A DNA stretch of 64,000 nt from Candidatus Latescibacterota bacterium. Lineage in GTDB: Bacteria; Latescibacterota; UBA2968. Numbering within the stretch: the first letter of the stretch is position 1; every line of letters starts with the position of its first letter. Location of the stretch: positions 3,552,001 to 3,616,000 of the forward strand of contig OZ241986.1 of assembly GCA_965204375.1 (NCBI GenBank), given 5' to 3'. Both the position numbers and the translations under genes were made by a program. This document shows positions 59,701-64,000 of this stretch, piece by piece. The notes beneath the pieces were generated by a model. It was given only the letters and a program-made list of their open reading frames with translations, did no database searches and was not told the DNA's origin.

Positions 59701-61506
59701 AATCAAGTCGTCCAGTACATCCAATAGCTCCAACTCATCACCGCGCCAAACCTCAGCCAATAATTCGAAAGAAAAATCACTCAAAAAAACACAGGCGTAT
59801 TCCAGCACCCGGCGCTGCACATCAGGCAGAGTAGCTATGCGCCTGTGTAAAACCTCTGAAAAATCATCGGACAACAAAGATTCGGGAAATTCTCCCCACT
59901 GCCAATCGCCAGACACATTCTGCCGAACCACATTGGCCTGCACCAGTGTTCTCACAGCCTCCACGACAAACAGGGGTTGTCCACCCGTTTCCCTGAACAG
60001 GGATTGCAAGGCATCCACCGGTATGGATCGCTCCCCCAACATCGACGCCGCTAAATATCCCGACGCTTCTTGTGATAGATTCTTCAACTGAATATGAGTC
60101 GCACCAGCAAATTCATTGCTATGTATAAATTTTTCAATTTCCTCTGAAATCGGTTCCAAATTAGACCATCGGCAAGTCAGGCATAACAAAAACGGACACG
60201 GTTCTGGATCGCGCAACACATACTTCAAAAATTCCAATGACAATTCATCAAGCCATTGAATATCTTCCAGGCAAAACACAATGGGCTTTTGCTTTCGCAT
60301 ACGCTTTAACAACTGCAACCAGCGTTCCATAACAGAAAACTTATCCGTCTCTACCGGATCGGGCATCCGCCCCATCAAATTCGTCATCCCTTGAAAAGCA
60401 TCAACCAATGCACCGTATATTTGTCCACCCTCTTCCCACCCTGCACTTTTCAAACACAGAAAATTATAGACCCGAGCATCGCCCAATAGTTCTTCAACCA
60501 ATCTCGATTTACCCACCCCTGACTCACCAGAGATCAAAACCACGCGCTGCTCACCAACCAGTACATCCTTTAACATCGCACGCAACGTCTTCATCTCGGA
60601 TTCGCGCCCGACAAATTGCGGCCGCATCACTTTCACAGGCACATCGCGCTGCTCATCATCCGGTGACATAAACCCCGATTGTAAGGCACGCACCAGTTCC
60701 TCTGCCGACTGATAGCGATCAACAGACTCCTTTGCCAGCAACTTTAACACAACTTGTTGCGTCTGTTCGGGAACAGCGATATTGACCTGGCCTATTGGTG
60801 GCGGTGACTCTCGAATATGCTTCAGAATAACAGATATTGGATTTTGTCCAGAAAATGGCGGTGCGCCCGTAAGCATCTCGTATAAAATCACACCCAATGA
60901 ATACAAATCTGACCGATGATCCACCCACAACCCCTTACCCTGCTCTGGCGACATATATTCTGCCGTACCAATCGTCGCGCCCGTCTGCGTAATGGAAACG
61001 CTATGCAGATGCCTGAGTTTGGCCAGCCCCAGATCCAGAATCGTGGTCTCAATCCCCTCTTCTGTTTCCAATACCATAATATTGGACGGTTTGAGATCGC
61101 GATGCACTGCACCCTGCGCGTGGATGTACGCCAATCCCTCGGCAATTTGTTGCACAAAAGTAAAAAAGTACGAAGCCCGAAATCGTCCCAACAGTGCAGG
61201 ATCGGCAATTATTTTTTCCAATGTCTTCCCGGGCAAATATTCCATTGTAAAATAAGGACGCCCCTCGGCAAAGCCCCAAGCATACGTGCGTACCAAGCGC
61301 GGGTGCTGAAGTCTGCTCAACACCTGAAACTCTCTGTGAAAACGGCGATGCACAGCCTGCTCATCCATCATTTCATTCAAAATTTTGAGCACGCAAACCC
61401 GGTCTTGCTCCAGGTCCAAAACCCGATAGACCTCGCCCATGCCCCCGGATCCCAGGTGCGCCTGGATCTGGTATCTTTTGTCGAGAATGGTGCCGATTTC
61501 AAACAT
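56704..61506 (-). CDS. Ser/Thr kinase - STAND ATPase - TPR - GAF - sigma54 activator - HTH fusion (about 1600 aa)
   Basis: GSGGMGEVY, HRDLKPSN, DLG, YMSPE; GESGVGKS/LEDIQW; TPRs; GAF; GETGTGKE, GAFTGA, LLDEI, GNVRELEN; Fis-type HTH. Likely start ATG at 61506. Confidence 0.92.
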   Translation of the reverse strand: MFEIGTILDKRYQIQAHLGSGGMGEVYRVLDLEQDRVCVLKILNEMMDEQAVHRRFHREFQVLSRLQHPRLVRTYAWGFAEGRPYFTMEYLPGKTLEKIIADPALLGRFRASYFFTFVQQIAEGLAYIHAQGAVHRDLKPSNIMVLETEEGIETTILDLGLAKLRHLHSVSITQTGATIGTAEYMSPEQGKGLWVDHRSDLYSLGVILYEMLTGAPPFSGQNPISVILKHIRESPPPIGQVNIAVPEQTQQVVLKLLAKESVDRYQSAEELVRALQSGFMSPDDEQRDVPVKVMRPQFVGRESEMKTLRAMLKDVLVGEQRVVLISGESGVGKSRLVEELLGDARVYNFLCLKSAGWEEGGQIYGALVDAFQGMTNLMGRMPDPVETDKFSVMERWLQLLKRMRKQKPIVFCLEDIQWLDELSLEFLKYVLRDPEPCPFLLCLTCRWSNLEPISEEIEKFIHSNEFAGATHIQLKNLSQEASGYLAASMLGERSIPVDALQSLFRETGGQPLFVVEAVRTLVQANVVRQNVSGDWQWGEFPESLLSDDFSEVLHRRIATLPDVQRRVLEYACVFLSDFSFELLAEVWRGDELELLDVLDDLIAEGLLDACVEDEDRYRFSQELCRRAIYDRLQNARRRLLHREIGNVLDESEDAEELAEELADHFAAAEERDKAMKYMCLAGKKALETQAYRQALRRFEAVRGWSADDAFESQADTIDFLCDYADVLRNCGQYNKALELLNEAKGLLPSDRNDLKAHILNRKGVIHSVLQHREIAEEYMLEALRLYRELGDLEGEVQALSSLAHLCDVSGRHEEAIAYMRREIEKYATLGRAQNKAIIQGREGLIALVGFRFGTAKAHLKATVRTSLQLGLEHHRIWALNSLQRVYFYLGDFNRAESVCYEVIGEWQKRGLLYWEAMNFLYLGELALERGDFAEALEYAEISSERFLETPRKDYVYRAYAIAATAAARMGDTDVALEWTERVSEGTQQTSGMYKGILPLVYCGIGVAFAQAGRIAEAEEAFEQAIECRRESKGDHWARALLMAGEFYLERDDVPKAQAHLEAAKQAFEEMEMSYFLEKTQVLLDQLDESSRNEDVAPSSEISVDTLSVDRLRLLYDVSRELTTERDVKVLLDRTLGNLLTIYPAERVVVAIKNETPKGFVVDAVRYHNLEVDDAEELSGGIIRRVIETNEPVLSFDAQTDGRLNQYQSVMDYNIRSVLCVPLFHVKEGVIGALYVDHRGIDNVFSEEDQTFLQAFANLVGMALVNARMYEQLEEKAQYWQQEVKRRYRLDDLVGQSDAMQAIYRLIETAAKSDIPVLVQGETGTGKELAARAIHYNSTRKDQRFLSQNCAALSPELLQSELFGHKKGAFTGASEDHKGIFEVADGGTVLLDEIADASPELQKSLLRVLQEGEIRRVGETEDRKVDVRIIAATNRDLKKEVEKGSFREDLYYRLHGIQIDMPPLREHLEDVPLLAEHLLIRAKEEANKSVGELTLGAIKVLTSHRWSGNVRELENKIRLAVALAKEDGDITPDLFSESIGHTVSDASVEFQGYLQDRVQEYEKQLIRDTLEKYEGNITQAARELGMTRVGLHKKINRLGLI

Positions 61507-61519
61507 AAATGCAACCACC

Positions 61520-61560
61520 GTCAGAATCAGGATGTGCAGGATTAAAGGATGAACAGGATA
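61520..61560. repeat. Short AGGAT nonamer repeat element
   Basis: caggatgtg-caggatta-aaggatgaa-caggat. Confidence 0.45.
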
Positions 61561-61664
61561 AAAATCAAAAGCAAAACACTGGATCGCGGCTAAAGCATGC
61601 CGCGATGACGGGTACAACTTGCCAAAATATAATTAATAATTCTTATACTAAGAAAAAATTAAAT

Positions 61665-62690
61665 TTAACAATTATTATACTTTCTATTATGCGTACGATT
61701 CAGGATTTTTTCAACCTTTTTTTTCACCCGCGGTGCTGTTTGTTCCGTCGTTTTTTTCAGACTTATCAAAAAACGGTGGGCAGAGTTATCAAACGACAAG
61801 CGATGCTGCTCAACGTGTACTTCCAAAATATCCAGATCGCGCAACACCTCGTCCTGTAGCATAGGCAGGGGCATCATCCACAAACGCCGCAACAGCGCCT
61901 TCATAATCAAAATCGGGTCATCTGGATCTTGAGCCAAACGACTATAAAAAGCCTTCAGGGGCAACTCCCAATACAACTTCTGCACAATAAGCCCCAGGTA
62001 TTCCCGGTTCTTTTCTCTAATATCGCCTGCAGAAAAGCGATCGGACGCCGAACCTCGATCACCCTCATGCATGCGACATCGAAGCGTAGGTTGTTTAATA
62101 ATCCCAATTTTAAACCCAGCGCGTATAATGCGAATCCACATATCGTAATCTTGCCCGCGAATCAAACGCTCGTCAAAACAGCCGACCCTGTCATAACACA
62201 TCCGATGGGCAACCACGGTCGGACTACACAACTCAAATCGCCCGAACAAATACATCACCATATCGCCTATAGGCGGCATCCGCGCTTCAAAAGACCGCAC
62301 GGGTAAATCGCTTCTCTCCCCCTCTATGAATTCATAGCCCGTATAGACAAATCTCAAATCCGGGTCTTCCGCAAACTGCGCCGCGTGCAACTCGAGCTTA
62401 TTCGGCAACCCAATATCATCATCGTCCAAAATCCAAACATACTCACCCGTCACATATTTCAGCCCCAGATTCACAGCAGATGCCTTCCCGCCATTTGCCT
62501 TTTCAACATAGCAAATCCGATCCCCAAACCGCCTGATCACCTCTGCCGTATCATCCGTAGAACCATCATTCACCACAATGAGTTCAAAACCCTGATACGT
62601 CTGCCGCAAAACGCTCTCAACAGCCTCCGCAACATAGTTCGCGCGATTATATGTTGGAATAATCACTGAAAATTTTGGATTTGGCGTCAA
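61665..62690 (-). CDS. Glycosyltransferase family 2
   Basis: SVIIPTYNR, VNDGSTD, LDDDD, QDYDMW; TTG at 62690 after AGGAGG. Confidence 0.9.
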   Translation of the reverse strand: MTPNPKFSVIIPTYNRANYVAEAVESVLRQTYQGFELIVVNDGSTDDTAEVIRRFGDRICYVEKANGGKASAVNLGLKYVTGEYVWILDDDDIGLPNKLELHAAQFAEDPDLRFVYTGYEFIEGERSDLPVRSFEARMPPIGDMVMYLFGRFELCSPTVVAHRMCYDRVGCFDERLIRGQDYDMWIRIIRAGFKIGIIKQPTLRCRMHEGDRGSASDRFSAGDIREKNREYLGLIVQKLYWELPLKAFYSRLAQDPDDPILIMKALLRRLWMMPLPMLQDEVLRDLDILEVHVEQHRLSFDNSAHRFLISLKKTTEQTAPRVKKKVEKILNRTHNRKYNNC

Positions 62691-62711
62691 AATTTTGCCT
62701 CCTGGGAAAAC

Positions 62712-62749
62712 AGAACAAAAAACCACGCCCAAGGAACGTGGTTTTTGTT
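62712..62749. terminator. Terminator, near-identical to the one at 33087
   Basis: AGAACAAAAAACCACG-CCCAAGGAA-CGTGGTTTTTGTT. Confidence 0.8.
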
Positions 62750-62784
62750 TGGTCTAAATATGATCTTTAGAGTTACACCGCTTC

Positions 62785-63744
62785 CTACCCGACATCCATC
62801 ACTTCTCTAACACCCGCAACAATATTATCTCGATCTGGAAAAACGTGATCTTCCAACTGGGGCGTGTACGGGATGGGCACATGGAGGGCGCAGACGCGTT
62901 TGACGGGCGCTTTCATCTTTGCAAACGTCTCTGCATCTTCGGTCGCCACAGCGGCAATCTCGGCAGAGGCACCCGCTGTGGGACCCGCCTCATCCGCAAT
63001 AACCAGCCGCCCGGTCTTTTGCACAGACGCGCGAATAGCATCGCAATCGAGCGGAACCAGCGTACGCGGATCCAGCACCTCAACGGAAACCCCCTCCTTA
63101 TCCAGCACCTCCGCAGCCGCCAGCGCTTCGTGTACCAGCCATGCCAGCGCGACAATCGTGACATCTGTACCCTCGCGTTTAATATCTGCTTTGCCCAGAG
63201 GCACGGTATAAGGCTCTTCGGGAACCTCGCCTGCAACACCCATGAGGCGATTGGACTCAAAAGAAATGACGGGATTATCATCCCGAATAACAGTTTTGAG
63301 AAGCCCTTTCATATCATAAGGCGTTGAAGGCAATATCATCTTCAACCCAGCCAGATTCATAAACATCGAATACGGACTCTGCGAATGTTGCGCCGCAACC
63401 CTTCTGCCGCCACCAACAGACGTGCGGAAAGTAATCGGGAATTTCACCTGCCCCCCGAACATATAGTGAATCTTGGCTGCCTGATTCACAATCTGATCCA
63501 TCGCCACAAAAGAAAACGTAACCATACTCCAGTTGATAATCGGACGAAAGCCAGACCCAGCAGCACCAACAGCAATACCCGTAAGCGCACCCTCGGCAAT
63601 AGGCGTGGCGCGTACGCGCTCTGACCCAAACTCCTTGACGAGCGCATCGGGCGCATCGGTTGACAGATGAAACGTCGTTGGATCGCGCCTCATTTCTTCT
63701 ACAAGGGCTTCCATCCCGGCCTGTGCATAAGAGATTTTTCTCAT
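62785..63744 (-). CDS. 2-oxoacid/acetoin dehydrogenase E1 beta subunit
   Basis: TPIAE, DQIVNQAAK, AQHSQ, D.RTLVPLD, SVQKTGRL. Confidence 0.92.
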   Translation of the reverse strand: MRKISYAQAGMEALVEEMRRDPTTFHLSTDAPDALVKEFGSERVRATPIAEGALTGIAVGAAGSGFRPIINWSMVTFSFVAMDQIVNQAAKIHYMFGGQVKFPITFRTSVGGGRRVAAQHSQSPYSMFMNLAGLKMILPSTPYDMKGLLKTVIRDDNPVISFESNRLMGVAGEVPEEPYTVPLGKADIKREGTDVTIVALAWLVHEALAAAEVLDKEGVSVEVLDPRTLVPLDCDAIRASVQKTGRLVIADEAGPTAGASAEIAAVATEDAETFAKMKAPVKRVCALHVPIPYTPQLEDHVFPDRDNIVAGVREVMDVG

Positions 63745-63759
63745 CGTATTATCCTCGAC

Positions 63760-64000
63760 TCACTCGGCAAAAACATCTTCGACGGCTGCTTCTAAATCTG
63801 GAAATGGACTCTCTTTGGAAAATTGAACCGCCTCTTCAATCTCCGCGAGAATTTCTTCATCCATCTCTTGCCACGCCTCCTGGGTAATACAGCCCTGATC
63901 CATCAGACCTGCGACAAACCGCTCAATCGGATCTCTCTCCTGCCATGCGCGGATCTCGCCCTGCGGCCTTGGATCAGCCCCGCCAACCCTCTCCGTATGC
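63760..64000 (-). CDS. 2-oxoacid/acetoin dehydrogenase E1 alpha subunit, C-terminal part
   Basis: Manual translation ...DPIERF...EIEEAVQFSKESPFPDLEAAVEDVFAE*; lies upstream of E1 beta. Confidence 0.85.
   Translation of the reverse strand, partial: HTERVGGADPRPQGEIRAWQERDPIERFVAGLMDQGCITQEAWQEMDEEILAEIEEAVQFSKESPFPDLEAAVEDVFAE

Noticed and set aside
61507-61617. Extended N-terminus of the kinase from the ORF track
   Set aside because: It overlaps the AGGAT repeat element, and the kinase domain begins at Met 61506.
1-64000. rRNA, tRNA, prophage or integrase genes
   Set aside because: None recognised by eye; tRNAscan-SE and Rfam could not be run.

Overview
Bacterial genomic window with two very different parts. 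(1) About 1.8-33 kb, mostly + strand, is catabolic. It holds eight phytanoyl-CoA-dioxygenase-like (PhyH) Fe(II)/2OG enzymes, four sulfatases, glycoside hydrolases (GH29, GH32 and a GH42/GHL-like protein), an aryl-sulfate sulfotransferase, an enolase-family dehydratase, a TPP enzyme, a PIN toxin-antitoxin pair and a few ATPase/nuclease genes. This repertoire resembles that of sponge-associated candidate phyla such as Poribacteria and Latescibacterota (inference). (2) About 33.1-62.7 kb is an all-minus-strand accessory block bracketed by two near-identical hairpins. In transcription order it contains: a GT2; a giant Ser/Thr kinase-STAND-TPR-GAF-sigma54 activator; three 18-bp enhancer-like repeats and a sigma54 promoter; RiPP locus B (62-aa acidic-tailed precursor, CteB/QhpD-like radical SAM/SPASM enzyme, methyltransferase); a TPR gene split by an intact IS1380 (4-bp TTAG target duplication); patatin; a KTSC-like protein; an atypical REC-AraC regulator; RiPP locus A (radical SAM/SPASM enzyme, 83-aa precursor with an LEERLEM leader and DDGS repeats, outer-membrane protein, ComQ-like class I prenyltransferase, RRE-M50 peptidase, sterol/tocopherol-type methyltransferase, GT4, OMP, S41 peptidase, UDP-sugar epimerase); a frameshifted nuclease-like gene; and a ThsB-like TIR plus 4TM candidate defence pair. 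The window ends in 2-oxoacid/acetoin dehydrogenase E1 beta and alpha. I saw no rRNA, tRNA or CRISPR array. The best candidates for an undescribed system are the putative crosslinked, prenylated and glycosylated RiPP locus, the kinase/sigma54-controlled RiPP, and the TIR-4TM pair. All family assignments are by motif recognition, with no database search.
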